In this document: positions 1 through 13,664 of the stretch, piece after piece
How positions within the stretch are numbered: position 1 is the first letter of the stretch
Layout of the letters: each line of letters starts with the position of its first letter
Source of the DNA: Eledone cirrhosa
Taxonomy: Eukaryota
DNA length: 64,000 nt
Reading direction: 5' to 3'
NCBI GenBank assembly: GCA_964016885.1
Contig: OZ024740.1
Location: 68,448,001 to 68,512,000, forward strand
Translations under genes and position numbers: made by a program
Notes under the pieces: generated by a model
What the model was told of the DNA's origin: nothing
The model's database searches: none
The model's input: only the letters and a program-made list of their open reading frames with translations

Positions 1-1982
1 ATAGACCTATCCATAATGTTGAAACTGTTAACAAGCATTGTGCCTGAGGAAATCTACCATCACCTCCAAATAAACTACTTGTTACCGGACGCACAGAAAG
101 GATGCCGAAAGAAGTCCCGTGGTACAAAGAACTAGTTACTTATTGATAAGATAGTAATGAGGAATTGCAAGAGGAGATACACTGGTCTTGCCATGGGATG
201 GATAGATTACAAACAGGCATTCGACATGGTACCTCATTCTTGGATAACCCAAAGCCTAGAGATCTTCAAGGTGGCAGATAACATCAGACAGTTGTTGAGT
301 AAAAGTATGAAGTCCTGGGAAATAGAGTGAACATCGGGTGGAGAATTCTTGGGAGGCGTGAATATCAAGAGAGGCATCTTCCAGGGAGATAGTTTGCCAC
401 TCTGTTGTTTGTCCTTGCCGTGATATCCCTGACCATTATACTGCGAAAAGTCAGAGCAGGATAAAAGTTGGGAAAACGAGAGCTTACCATCAATAACATC
501 CTCTTCACGGACGATCTTAAACTCTTTTGGAAGAGTGAGAAAGAGTTGGATGTACTTGTTGACACTTTCCATATTTTCAGCAATGATATATGTATGCAAT
601 TTGGTATTAACAAGTGTGGAGTCCTAGTGATAAAGAGGTGTACATTGAGCAGAAGCAACGGAATCCAGGTACCAACAGGTGAGATTATAAAGGAAATTGA
701 CGCTGAAGAAGGATACACATATTTAGGTGTTCTCCACGCAGATGACATCAAGAACAAACAAATGAAGGAATTGTTAAGATCTGAGTACATTAGGAGAGTA
801 AGGAGCGTATTAAAATCACATCTAAATAGTAGGAATGTCATAATTGCTGTGAATTCCCGAGCTGTATCTATTATTAGGTACAGAGCGGGAATTCTGAAAT
901 GGAGTGTTGCTGAACAAAAATAAATGGATAGGAATACTACGAAGCTATTGACTATCTACAACATGTTCCACAAGAGGAGTGATGTCGATAGAATCTACTT
1001 AAAGAGATCTGAATCTGGGAGAGGTCTTATCAGCATAGACGACTGTGTTCAGATGTCGACCTGCACAAATATGTGAGTGGAAGTAGAGAGCCAATGCTCA
1101 GAAATGTACTGAAGGAGAGGACAATAGACCAGGTGATGTCCAAGGAGGAAATAACAAGGAGGAAAACAACCTTCATGAAAAATCCCTTCTTTGAGAAAAC
1201 TGAATTTAGAGATCCACAGACATGGAACTGGTTAAAAAGAGAAGACCTTGAAAAGGCTACAGAAGGAATACTAATGGCTGCGCAGGAGCAGGCCCTCAAA
1301 ACGAAGTGGGTGAAACACCATATTTACAAGGAGAAGGCTAGCCCACTGGGTAGGACCTGTGGAGAGAGAGAGGAGACTGTGGCTCACATTGTATCCGAGT
1401 GTAAACACCTAGCCCAGACTCAATATAAAGGCTGGAGACATGATGTGAATGACAGGGTGATCCACTGGCACCTATTCAAAGTAGACAATTTACCACATAC
1501 TGAGAAGTGGTGTGAGAAAAAGCCAGAGTCGGTCATAGAAAACGATCAGGTGAAGGTGCTACGGGATTTTAGGAAACAGACGGACAAGAAACTGGAACAC
1601 AATAGACCTGACCTGGTGGTTTTGTACAGGGAAAAAAGATCGTGCCTGATTGTAGATGTGAGCTGCCCATTTGACACGAGAGTGCAAGAAAAGGAGATGG
1701 AGAAAATTAACCGGTACCAGGACTTAAAGTGGGAGTTAAAAAGAATTTGGAACTGCCATGAATTCAGAGTCGTCCCGATTGTCATAGGCGCACTAGGTAC
1801 TATCTGAAAGAGTTTCCAAGGATGGTTAAAGAAAATGAGTGCATTCCCGCTTTTTGGAACACTTCAAAATGCAAGAACTCGCCGATACGTCCTGAATATC
1901 TGAGGTTGCACGTAGCGGCTTGATATTAATTTCAACAAACTTTCCAGTTAAATAACATAATTGACCGAGACACAAAGAATAA

Positions 1983-1985
<3 letters not shown>
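1..1985 (+). mobile_element. Dong/R4-type non-LTR retrotransposon (RT plus C-terminal restriction-like endonuclease), frameshifted, runs off the window's left edge
   Basis: ORFs 468-923 (INNILFTDDLKLF, FGINKC, YTYLGV) and 1073-1807 (AAQEQAL, TCGEREETVAHIVSEC, RHD, NRPDLVV..IVDVSCPFD..EKINRYQDL); ends in a (TAA)n tail. Confidence 0.9.

Positions 1986-2045
<60 letters not shown>
1984..2045. repeat. (TAA)n microsatellite, LINE tail
   Basis: Direct sequence. Confidence 0.95.
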
Positions 2046-2048
<3 letters not shown>

Positions 2049-3925
2049 TTTCTTTATTAACCACAAGGGTTTACATAAAGTAGACATTAAGGACAGTGCA
2101 GGACAATGCAGGACGGTACAAATGGGCATTTCTGCGTGTAAAAAAAAACAGAGGTTGAAATAAAATAACAAAGAAAAATTCCCCAATAGGGGGGAGACAT
2201 CCGAGGGACATTTGTGGAGAAAGCCCATTAAAAGACCACAGTATAATAATAATAATAATAATGCTTTCTTTATTAACCACAAGGGTTTACATAAAGTAGA
2301 CATTAAGGACAGTACAGGACAATACAGGAAGGTACAAATTGTCATTTCTCCGTGTAAAAAAAAACAAAAATAGGATGTAACAAAAAATGACAATAACAAA
2401 TTCCCCAATAGGGGGGAGTCTTCCGAGAGACATTTGTGGAGAAAGCTCATTAGAAAGCCACAGTCAGCCTGACCACCAGGGCAAGTGCACTCTCCCAGTT
2501 TTCCACCTTTAATTTACAGACACATACTCAGAGTAGGCCCATTCACTCGGTCCATACTTGCTTCTCTCACCCATCTTTCAACAAAATCCTGGGAAGAGAA
2601 CACTTCCCTCTCTACCCTGATTTTCCTTTTCAAATTTCATTTGAAAAAGTTAATCAGGGCATCACCGAAGAGGTAAGTGCTCATCTTCAGCCCTTTCAAA
2701 CGTGTCCACCATACTATCTCTTTCGCCATGGCTACCAGACAGATAAAAACTGCCTGCCCTTCCCGGCTAAACGAAGAGGGCGGGGCAATCCTCACGATGG
2801 ACTCAGCTGATAGCTGGATCCGTCCTACACGTAACAGCAGGTGTTCGACATAAACCCACAAGTCAGCAATTTTCGGACACTGGACGAGTGCGTGCAGGAC
2901 GGTTACGTCGCCCTTCTGGCATCTCGGACATGCCCGGCTGACGGCACCTCCATGCCTGTATAGTTTATCCCGAACTGGCAAAGCTCCTTGGTAGCACTGC
3001 CAGGACAGGAATTTCTGCAAATTGTCCATAGGCCCCGGCCCGAAATCCTTCCGAAGAGATTGGCTAGTTGATTTTCGTCGACGCCTAGAGTTTCTCCAAG
3101 TACATCGTCGCTGTTCCCCTCCACTAATCCTCCATAGAACGCCAACGTGGAGTTCCACCGATCACATTGCCCGATTGGTCGAGGGCTGTGAGCGCCTGAA
3201 GACATTCCTGTCTCCAAGCGCTCCCTCTCGGTCTTCGCTTGACGCAGGACTGCAGCTCCGTCAAGGAGACGAGCTGGGGAAAGACGTGTCTAGCAAACGG
3301 CGACCACACCTGATCACCGTCGATGAAGAGGTGGAGATTCGTAGCCTGAGCGCGTGTCTGCGCATCATCACCCACGGCATGCCCAGCCATCCACGTAGCG
3401 GGTGTTGACAACAGATGGACCGCGTCCCTTCCACAAAAAGCGAAAGAGCAAACGCTCCAGCGCAGCCAGGTGGGGCTTAAGACAAGGTACGACGGTCAGG
3501 CGGTAGTAGATGACGGACGCGATGTACGCGTTAGCCACCTCCGCTCGACCTTTCAGGGATAGCTTCCTCTCCACCCATTTCTGGGTGAGAGAATCCACCA
3601 TGCTCGTCACGTCGTCCCAGTGTTTGTCCGTCTGGAGGTCCGGACCGAACCAGACCCCTAGCAATTTACCGGTCCGTCCGTCCAGCGCCCGACGACGCTG
3701 TTGGATGGCATGGACCTGCCTCTCCAGGTGCCGAGCTGCAGACCCACTGACTTTTTCTGGTTGATCATTACCCCTGTCACCGCTTCGTATTCTTTTAGTG
3801 TAGTACCGATCGCCTCGATGTGTTTGGCGTTCCACACCACTACGGTGACATCGTCCGCATATGCTGACACAGACCTTCCGCATCCCAGTTCGCGCGGACC
3901 CCTCTCAACGTCTCCACTTTGCGCA
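2046..3925 (-). mobile_element. Tx1/L1-clade LINE ORF2 3' part with a tandemly duplicated 3' UTR
   Basis: SAYADDVTV, INQKKS, LLGVWFGP, W..RKLSLKGRAEVAN, FLWKG, CPRC..GDVTVLHALVQCP zinc knuckle; 2046-2242 repeats 2262-2462. Confidence 0.85.
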
Positions 3926-4372
3926 GAAATGGCTCGAGAGTCAATACGTACAAGAGGGAAGTCCTGGAAAACAGAGTTAACATCAGCTGGAGAATCCTTG
4001 GGAGGCGTGAAGATCAAGAGAGGTATCTCCCAGGGATATAGTCTGTCCCCTCTGTTGTTTGTCCTTGCCCTGATGCCCCTCACCATTATACTGCGAAAAG
4101 TGAGAGCAGGATACAATTTGGGAAAGGGAGAGCTTACCATCAATCACCTCCTCTTCATGGACGATCTTAAGCTCTTCGGGATGGTTAAAGAAAATTGGCC
4201 CCGCCACGCTTTTTGGAACGCTTCAAAAGGCATGCTTACTGGGAACAGCAAGAACCCTCCGATACATCCTAAATATCTGAGGCTGCATGTAGTGGCTTGA
4301 TATTCATTTCAACAAACTTTCCAATTAACAAACATCAATGACTGAGACTCAAAGAACGATAATAATAATAAT
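3926..4372 (+). mobile_element. Second Dong/R4 copy, internally deleted (RT segment joined to the 3' end)
   Basis: Near-identical to 300-530 (KRGISQGYSLSPLLF..LLFMDDLKLF), then to 1820-1985; short (AAT)n tail. Confidence 0.85.
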
Positions 4373-4557
4373 TCTTTCTACTTTAGGCACAAGGCCAGCA
4401 ATTACCCAGTGCATAACTGGTACTTTATTTTATCGACCCCGTAAGGATGAAAGGCAAAGTCAACCTCGGCGGGATTTGAACTCAGATCGTAAATGGACGT
4501 AACTATGCTGGAAAGCATGGCGTCCCACCCCCTACCGTTACTGCCAATCCACCGCCA
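4372..4557 (-). mobile_element. tRNA-derived SINE, family S
   Basis: Reverse complement of the consensus ggcggtggattggcagta..gagttcaaatccc (B box)..gcctttcatccttacggggtcgataaaataaagtaccag..agtagaaa. Confidence 0.85.
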
Positions 4558-6399
4558 ATAATAATAATAATAATAGCCTTCATCATTTAGATCGGTTCAA
4601 GTTCACCTATTTCACATTATCTATCTCAGTAGTGTGATTTTTACCAATTATTATTCGAAAAAATATTAAGAGAACACTGTTTGGGGTGTCTACAAAAAAA
4701 AGAAGAACATAAAAAAGGAAAAGATTACTAAATTCGAATTAATAATAATAATGACTACTAGGAATTTTTGGACATAGGGTTAATAAGTTTTTTCTAATGT
4801 TTCTTTATATTTTGTATTGTTTTCCACAGCATTTCCCAGATATTTGGCAGTGTGCATCGACCCCCAGAGAGTGACCTTCGGGGAAAAATATAGTCATTAT
4901 CTTTTTCTTCTATATATTTTTTCATGCTGTCTCCCAAGATGCACATTTACACATCAGTAGACATGTTATCTAGCAGACTGGTCCATTAAACAAAAGCCTA
5001 AGTGCACTGTAACTGTTAAACGATCGTTAAATTGACGGTGTAAAAGGACAATAAATGTGAATGGCTGCAGAGAACAATGTATGCAACCTATAGGCTGGAC
5101 ATTCAAATACAAAACAGAGGACAACAAAGAGGAAAAAAAATACGTATTCTAGTAAAATAATGTGGATGAGGGTAAGAGTAATAAAGAATGCACTTGTGCT
5201 TGGTCAAGGCTGCTAAAATGACGAATGTCATTCTTTGGTATTATTATTATTGTTGTTTTTACACTCATAAACAAGAGCTTCAGTTTATATCACAATATAT
5301 TAACTGTATACCGATGAGTAATGGAGAGTAGAAGTTAAGCACCCGTTGCATAGCGTTAGTTACACAGTTTCGATTCGTACTTGCAGTTATTTCAGTTCGT
5401 TCGAAACGCTAATACTCACGGGAAACCATAAACGTCATAGAGTCTGTAAATTTGTGCTTGTCTGGTAAAATAAGAAAACTATAATTTAATTGATAAAACG
5501 ACGTACGTCCGAAACGGTGTGTTTAAACATAAATCAGAATTTGCTGTCAAAAATATTGGTTTCCTCTGACTAGACACATGACACAAGACTCCCATATGCT
5601 CACATAGATTTGAAGTGAGGAGGAGCTGCATCTTCCATATATTTCCAAGTGCATTAGTAAACTTCAGTGACGTAAACTGACAGAATAACAATCGAAAGAG
5701 CATCGTCAAATCGGTATTATCACTTGCTGCCAATCATATTACATGTGGTAGTATTCTCGATTGGATGATAGCAGTCTGAAAGATTCTTCATCTAGATTTA
5801 TAACACCACGTCTCATATTATAAAGAATTATTTATATATCTTGTAAAATCTGTTTTTAATAAGTGGGGAATGTTTACTTCATGATTTGCTAACTTGTTAT
5901 ATTTCTCTGTTTTATGCAATTCCGTTTTACTTCTTAATATTATTCTTGGTCTTCGGCCAGAAAATACATGAGTTCGGGGATTTGAGTTCGGGGACTTTTT
6001 AAAATTTGCATTTGCTATTTTTAGTTGCAAAGGAGTCGTAAGACTTCCGTCTTTGCACTGTGAGGAGAAGACTTTAGAATAGTCGGGCCTTTTGGAATAG
6101 TCGGGCCTTTTGACACAAATATATATATATGAACTTTACTCCTTTTGTTTAAAGATTATTATCGCCAAACGCATGGTGGACCCACGCCCAGCATCGTTGA
6201 GTCTGCTGTGACAGCGGTACAAATGTTAAGGGAGGGATGACGTCCCCACTACCATAATTTTAACAGCGTAAACACCACAGCATCGAAGTCAACCACACCA
6301 GAAAAATTATTGGGTCAACAATTTAGTTTAATTTAAATTGACATTGGGAGGGGGGGGGGGTCGTAAAAAACAGGTGCTGGTGGGCTCGGAACAGACAGA

Positions 6400-6960
6400 T
6401 TAGAATAATGTGAATTGGCTTTACTAAAGAAGTATTGCTAGAAAAATAGAAATGTGGGAGATCTGGCGGATAATGTAAACAAGGCTATCTGTAGTGTTAT
6501 TGCGTGTGGCAGGCTAGGGGCGAGAAAATCATTAGATGATTTCTTCAATGCGGAGCACGAAGGTTGCATTGTCAGACCTAAGAAACGTGCTCGAAGAAAC
6601 GATGGAATGTAAGCTGTTCAACGGATCCATGTGGCGAAGGAGCAGCGTGATAACAAACAATGATTCAGGCTTTGGCGGACCGACACGAACGCGAGCTGAA
6701 CGATTCCAGCGAGATGTGTGCAGCTATTATCCAGCATTTTGATTGACTGCTCGGTGAAGGCCTCCCGCAACTCTCTCAAGCCAATGTTAATTGCTGCGAA
6801 AGGCCGATAACGTCAGCCGAGATTCAGTTTGCGCTGCTCGGTTGCATGAGGCACAAGTCACCCGGTTTGGATGGTTTACTGTACCAGTTTACGTATAAGT
6901 GCATGACTTGTTCTCCGATCTCCTCGAAGCGGTCTACTCCAATTGACAGAGTTTAAGTTA
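6400..6960 (+). mobile_element. Decayed Tx1/L1 ORF2 fragment (RT N-terminus)
   Basis: Translates to CERPITSAEIQFAL..KSPGLDGL near 6790-6880. Confidence 0.55.
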
Positions 6961-7129
6961 TTGGTCAAGGTATTCGTAAAGAGGTTGGCGCTTGACGTCG
7001 AGGATCTGGTATGTGTGACAAAAACTTTCACAATCCCAACCAGGCCCATATAAGACAACCACCACGTCATGCAATAAGTCATATTGAGAGTAGGGTGGGG
7101 CTCTGTTCAATTTAGATCAATCGAAATCT

Positions 7130-8210
7130 TTCATACTGTTTTTGAAATTTCGAAATGTCTTCAAATCTATGAATTGAAGGAAGTTCCTTCACTTAGAGTG
7201 TCTTTCCCCAAACTTCCCTGTGAAACCTTTTTAAATCTGACAAAAAACATTTTATTTTGACTTCTAACATACGTGGGTTTGTTGCTGTAGTTACTGTTTC
7301 AGGCTTTTTTTGACTGGTGGAATGTTAGGTTTTGATATTACGTTGTATCTGTAAATCACTTTCCATTTCTTGACATGAGAGTTTTCTGAGACCATATTTC
7401 ATCCAGGATCGATATTTCTCCTCTCATATTTTCAATTTCTTTATCAACTTTTATTTTCCAGGGTGGTATTTTGTGAGTGTTGTGTCCTTTTCGTTTATTC
7501 CTTCACATATATTTCATTTCTATTACCGTTGTTGCTGCATCAATACACACATTCAATTCTGATATATCAGGCTCCATCTCTTCAATTATTGCTTTAAGAG
7601 CCTGATTTCCAATACTTAAGTGTCTTTTTTCTGGTTCTAGCTTGTCAAATTGTACAAGGACTCTCCTTGCAAACTAATGGGTTTTTTTTCCAACTTCATT
7701 CAGAATATCTTTCTTTGTTCTATCTGATTTTTATGTTCATGTGTATCCTCCATGAAGTACCCTCTTTAATATTGTCGACCTGTCCTTCCGTTTGACCTTG
7801 CTCTCTAGCGTATCTGATACCTTCAATTTTATGTGAAATATCTCCTGGTGACAACATAGTCAATACGTTTTGCTGTGTTTCTTCTGTCACCTATCTATTT
7901 CTATCACTTTCGGATTTTGTTATTCTCAAATATATTTCAGCATTCTTCTTAATTTCATTTAATTCTGTATATGTTAGTCTCTTGTTCCTAAGAATGCCTC
8001 TTCTTACATTTCAAATTTGTTTTCGTCCATATTTGTCCTCCTTTCTTGATTTCATTCCCTCTACACCCTAAAATATTTTGCTGTGCGGTTTGATTCCAAT
8101 GGTTTGCCGTATATTTCTTCTTTGTACTCTTCTCGGGTCCATTTGATAAGTTGAGTGTTTTTGTCAAGTTATGCCTATCCTGACGAGTCTGTTCCGGAAG
8201 ACTTTCAGCA
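7130..8210 (-). mobile_element. Decayed Dong/R4 LINE N-terminal region
   Basis: Minus strand reads IPPWKIKVDKEIENMRGEIS (about 7470-7410), resembling the PPW motif upstream of Dong/R4 RTs; many stops. Confidence 0.5.
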
Positions 8211-8269
8211 GGAACTACAGATAAATTTCAGAAATACCTTGGCAGTGCTACTGGGGTGCGGGGGGCATT

Positions 8270-8760
8270 GACAGGCTAGGAAGTGCTGTCAGACAGATCT
8301 ACCTGATATGCGTGCATAACGACGAAACCGTTCGGCACGTACTGATCCAGTGTCCATGTTTTCTGACTTGTAGAGTTATGTCGAACAGCTATTATCACGT
8401 ATAGAACGGATCCGATTATCGGCGGAGTCCATAGTGAATATCGACCCACCACCGTCTTTTGGCCAGAAGGGGCATGACGTTTTTCATTCTCTGGTAGTGT
8501 GGTGGACCAGGTTGAAATGACTGAAAACAGACACTTTTCTCTTCGGCCAATCTCTCATCAACTTTTTCAAGTTTCACTTTGAAAGGAAGATGAGTGTGGA
8601 GAGAGAAGTGTCTCCACCCCAGGACATTTGCTAAAAGATGGGTGAATGCGGTGAGAATGGCCGTTGTGAATAGAGCTACTCTATTCCATTGTAAACTCCG
8701 ACTGTCCATGTCTTCGTATTGTCCCGTAAACGTCAGCCCTTGTAGCCAATAAATGGAACA
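8270..8760 (+). mobile_element. Tx1/L1 LINE 3' fragment related to 2046-3925
   Basis: DETVRHVLIQCP knuckle remnant; similar to the reverse complement of 2560-2940; aataaa near the end. Confidence 0.65.
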
Positions 8761-8799
8761 TTTATTATTATTATTACTGTTTATTATATGTATGTACAA

Positions 8800-8990
8800 G
8801 GCAGTGGATTGGCAGTATCGGTAGAGGATCGGATGCCATGCTTTGAAGCATAGAGTTACCTCCCTCTATTATCTGAGTTCAAATCCCGCTGAGGTTAATT
8901 TTGCCTTTCATCCTTCCGGGGTCGATAAAATAAAGTACCAGTAATGCATTGGGTAATTGCTGGCCTTGTGCCAAAAGTAGAAACAATTAT
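8800..8990 (+). mobile_element. SINE family S
   Basis: Matches the family consensus. Confidence 0.85.
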
Positions 8991-9639
8991 ACATATGTAT
9001 ATATATATATATATATTTTAATACATATATGTATATTGACAACATTTCTTAACATAAACACAAATATAAAATAGAAAATAGCTCGTGTCTGTTTACACAA
9101 AATACACCAATAACGAAATGTCTGATTTACATGGAATATATTCGCCTCATCAAAAGAAAAAATAAATCAAGATATCTACATACTATGACACAAATAAAAA
9201 CTGGATCTTTAAACAAATTCATAGGCCGAATTCATAGGCCAATATAAACATATTTAAAAAACAATAAATATGCGCATCTCTGCTCCTATTAAACTTATGC
9301 AAACCACACAAGAAATGTAGTCTGTGTATCAAATATATATTGTCAATAGAATAACAGAAAACCTTTTTCATAATACTCATAAAATCTAACACAGAAAGCA
9401 TTATATTAAACCCAATCTAGCACCAGCGGCACTGCCCAAATTCGCAACCATTCTATTGAATCCCTCATCAACCCACATTCTCTAGAAACTCTATACCCAA
9501 CCATCGTCTCTCTGGACCTAAAGTTCTCTCCTCAGTAGGGGTTTGTGATTCATATCCCAAACAACATACAGCGACGAATTTCACACTCGAACGGATATTG
9601 AACGCTTACCGGCCGCACAATCTCCAGGCATAATTTCAT

Positions 9640-10080
9640 CGCATAAAACCAGCGCCTAATTATCAGAATCAAACAATGGACGCCAGCTTCCAGATAGTTC
9701 GGTACCTGACGACAGGTATAGTGCTGTGAACTGGTTCTACTTTTATAAATACTCCCAGCATAGCAACATATTCCAAGCCGAACTCACCATCCTTCGCTTC
9801 CTCAGAAGACGTGAATTTATGTTATTGTTTTCACACCGACATGCATGGGGGAGCCATTGTTGAGTGAATTTCGGGCGGAAGGATTACTAAACCTCAGTTT
9901 CCCCCTCTACTAATGCCTCCTGCTACCTCACAACTCACCGTCTCCTCACTTTCTACTCACAAATGTCAAGCACCTAATCATCCGCAAACCAAGTATCTGC
10001 ACCATATACGTGTTCTCCTAAATACACAAACCGTACACCTCTGACCGCCCTGTTGACTTCGATTATAACTGCTCCGAAAA
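9640..10080 (+). mobile_element. Highly decayed retroelement fragment with an RNase H-like motif
   Basis: Reads DSSVPDD..SNIFQAELTIL, similar to the RNase H DGS...S.F.AEL motif; weak. Confidence 0.3.
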
Positions 10081-10096
10081 GAGAAACATCAACGAC

Positions 10097-10389
10097 ATGC
10101 ATATTCAGGGAATGCACCTCCACAGCACTCACGTAACAGTACGAATGAAACATCCGAACTCTATATTTGGACTGTCACTCTCGAACACTGGCCTGTTTAC
10201 CTGTCTACCTCACTTCTCTCAAAGGAAGTGCCTCTTCATATTATACCTCTTAACACCACTTTTGCCAATCCCGCTCTATCCCAATGAAGGACTAACGCCT
10301 AATACTTCGAAACAACTAATTATCTTCATTCTGAAGCATGAAACTAATAAAACTGTGTTTTTGTATATTTATGTTCATCCAGTTATTAT

Positions 10390-10390
<1 letters not shown>
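10097..10390 (+). mobile_element. Decayed PLE 3' end with a possible HHR relic
   Basis: SIFGLSLSNTGL resembles a PLE endonuclease C-terminus; ccAATGAagg..cttcGAAAc at about 10280-10313. Confidence 0.3.
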
Positions 10391-10428
<38 letters not shown>

Positions 10429-10616
10429 TCTCTATATCTCTCTCTCTCTCTCTTTCTCTCTCTTTATATATATATATATAAGCAAAAGGGATATTCAATT
10501 TGTTGGTAATTCAACAAATATAAATGTTTATAACTGATTCAAAGCACTCGACAGTTTCTGGAGTATAATATACAATGATATTAAATAAATGGAAACTATA
10601 TTTATAAAACCATATT

Positions 10617-10677
10617 TATTCTATTATATATATTTCAAGGGTACCAAAACTTTGGTGCGCTCTCATCAGATAAAATA
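10617..10677 (-). ncRNA. Type I hammerhead ribozyme, family C
   Basis: tattttat CTGATGA gagc gcacca aagttt tggtac cctt GAAA tatata TA atagaata. Confidence 0.75.
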
Positions 10678-11087
10678 CAAAGAGTGTTTTATAAATATTG
10701 ACATAACCAGGAAAGAAGAACTTAACTGTTCAAGTTTTTCCTCGATAGTGAAGGAAAGAGGGGAAAGAGAAGAAAAATCAAACATTTCAAATTATTAAGA
10801 TGAGTATGCAAATGAGCTTCAGGTATAGGGCTGAGAAAAAAGTTATTTTTAGACGCTATGTAGATTTAAATAATTATTAGGATATATGTATATTATTTAA
10901 ATCTACATAGCATACAAAAATAACGTTTTTTTCAGCCCTATGATTCAACCTCATTTGCATACTCATCTTAATAATTGAAATATTTGACTTTTCTTCTCTT
11001 TCCCCTCTTTCCTTCACTATCGAGGAAAAACTTGAACAGGTAAGTTCTTCTTTCCTGGTTATGTCAATATATATAAAACAAACTTTG

Positions 11088-11148
11088 TATTTTATCTGAT
11101 GAGTGCGTACCAAAGTTATGGTACTCTTGAAATATATATAATAGAATA
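11088..11148 (+). ncRNA. Type I hammerhead ribozyme, family C
   Basis: tattttat CTGATGA gtgc gtacca aagtta tggtac tctt GAAA tatata TA atagaata; 8-bp stem I with one G-U pair. Confidence 0.75.
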
Positions 11149-11398
11149 AATATGGTTTTAAAAATATAGTTTCCATTTATTTAATATCATTGTATATATA
11201 TATTTATTTATGTTTGTTGGTTCACCACTGGATAGAACTGGTCATTCCGTATAATCAACCTTGATGTAATATTAGGGAGAGCACTCGACGCAATGCAACT
11301 CACCAGACTTCGTTTCTGTTGTTGGTGGTGCGAGTACGGAGTTAATTATTATACAATAACAGGAGGCTGGACTGGTGTAATTCCTTAAAAGTTGTATT

Positions 11399-11456
11399 AT
11401 ACTATGATCATTTCAATGACCGGGTTCAGTATCAATCCGGTGACATCATCAGGTAT
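11399..11456 (-). ncRNA. Type I hammerhead ribozyme, family H
   Basis: atac CTGATGA tgtcaccgg attgatactgaac ccggtcatt GAAA tgatca TA gtat. Confidence 0.7.
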
Positions 11457-11673
11457 TCGAAATTTAACAAAGGAATACAATAGACAAAATCCATGGGGCT
11501 GAAAAGCAGGGACATGAGGGCGGCGAACATTTAGCAGCTTCTAGCCCGGTCAACCGCCCTCAATACATATATACATATATATACATGTGTGTGTGAATAA
11601 GCAGATAGGACCGTCAAATATATAAATCTGAATGTAGATATACCTAGAACAACTGTCATTATTGAATGCTCCT

Positions 11674-11858
11674 GGGAGGTGGATTGGCAGTATCGGTAGA
11701 GGGTCGGACGCCATGCTTTCTAGCATAGTTACGTCCCTTTACAGACTGAGTTCAAATCCCGCCGAGGTTAACTTTACCTTTCGTCCTTACGGGGTCTATA
11801 AAATAAAGTACCAGTAATGTACTGGTTAATTGCTGGCCTTGTGCCTAAAGTAGAAACA
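11674..11858 (+). mobile_element. SINE family S with a 16-bp target-site duplication
   Basis: attattgaatgctcct at 11658-11673 and 11859-11874. Confidence 0.9.
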
Positions 11859-11984
11859 ATTATTGAATGCTCCTATATATAAATAATACACACCGAGAAC
11901 AAAGCCAGCAATAAATAAAACACCTAGTGGATACGACCATCTAATTCAAAACTCGTAACTACTATATTCATTAAAAAAAAGAAA

Positions 11985-12163
11985 TAATTGTTTCTACTTT
12001 AGGCACAAGGCCAGCAATCACCCAGTGCATTACTGGTACTTTATTTTATCGACCCCGTAAGGATGAAAGGCAAAGTCAATCTCGGCGGGATTTGAACTTG
12101 ATCGTAAAGGGACGTAACTATGCTGGAAAGCATGGCGTCCGACTCTCTACCGATACTGCCACT
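11985..12163 (-). mobile_element. SINE family S
   Basis: Matches the family consensus. Confidence 0.85.
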
Positions 12164-12318
12164 GTATGTTTACACTAGAATCAAGACATCCTCAATACAA
12201 CCTTCCACTGACACCATCCATATTTCTTAACCACGAACCGATTATAAACATGATTATGGGGGAGCGGAGTATTTCAAGCTTCAGTCGTTATATTACGCAG
12301 TTTCTGTACATGAATAAA

Positions 12319-12630
<312 letters not shown>

Positions 12631-13664
12631 TTAACTTCGCTGTTTACAACCTTTAACTTGCGGCTTCACAAATATAGTTCGATGAATTAACAACTATACC
12701 TGCATATATAAGCACAGAGTCGGTATAATGAACTAAATACTATCAAGGCTGTGCACCAGGGTAGCCGCAATGACTGTAGTCAAACGACCGAGACAAGTAA
12801 AAGAATATAAGAATGTATATATTAGCGTATTTGTTAGTTTATAGCAGAATATATTTATCTGTTCACTTCCAAAGCCAAATGCCACGCTAAAGAGTAGGGA
12901 ATGTCAACCGAATGCTTGGTCTTTCGTGAAACATTTGTCCTCGAATGTGGATATGAATTGGAAAGGCTATAAGGATTCTAAAAATTCTTACTTTGTCTCA
13001 CACACTTCAAGACTTCAAATTAATAGGATTCTTCCCATTGTACGTCTAATAGCTTTCATCGTGGTAATCTTCTTATTAGCTTTCAGCCTAGTGAAGTGCC
13101 GTAGGCCAAATCTAAAATTGTTTCGTAGTAAAAACTTAATAGATTATATTTTCTGATACATAGATCTAATGAGGTTGTCTTCACTATTACTACACGTGGA
13201 ATTCACAATTATATTTTAATTACAGTGCTTGTGCTTGACACAAACCTTAGCAATGCTTTATATTAGCTCTCCGCTATTTCTTTCATGGAATTGGTAGTAG
13301 AGGATTGAAACATTTGAACGAGGGCAGCGTATACGATAATAGCCATAGCATCATAGGAGAGACTATGTTGATAATGCCCATAATGATGATGACAAGGATG
13401 ACGGAGACAACAAAGGCAATAACAATGAACAACTTTCTGGTGGTGACCACGATGAAAAGTACAACGACGACTACGACGATGGCGATGAGGACGAAGGATA
13501 TGAAAAATTAAGGAAAATATTTCAATAAGGGAAGGGTAAATTGAATGGCAACACAGCAATATGCATAGCAAATATAACATTATAACTTTGATGGTTGTTG
13601 TGGAAAAAAATTGTCTCTTCATGTATAAACATATCAAGATATTTATTGCGTTCTCTCGGTATAC

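Larger units (their letters stand above)
10481..11195. mobile_element. HHR family C fold-back insertion (about 310-bp inverted arms, 10570-10878 and 10888-11195)
   Basis: Arms are reverse complements (mirror ORFs 10589+ and 10877-); flanked by TA tracts. Confidence 0.85.

Noticed and set aside
8176-8210. CTGACGA followed by a gtct/agac hairpin
   Set aside because: No GAAA or stem I/III follows
10589-11176. Apparent paralogous gene pair (METIF...) on opposite strands
   Set aside because: By-product of the non-coding inverted repeat; no protein features
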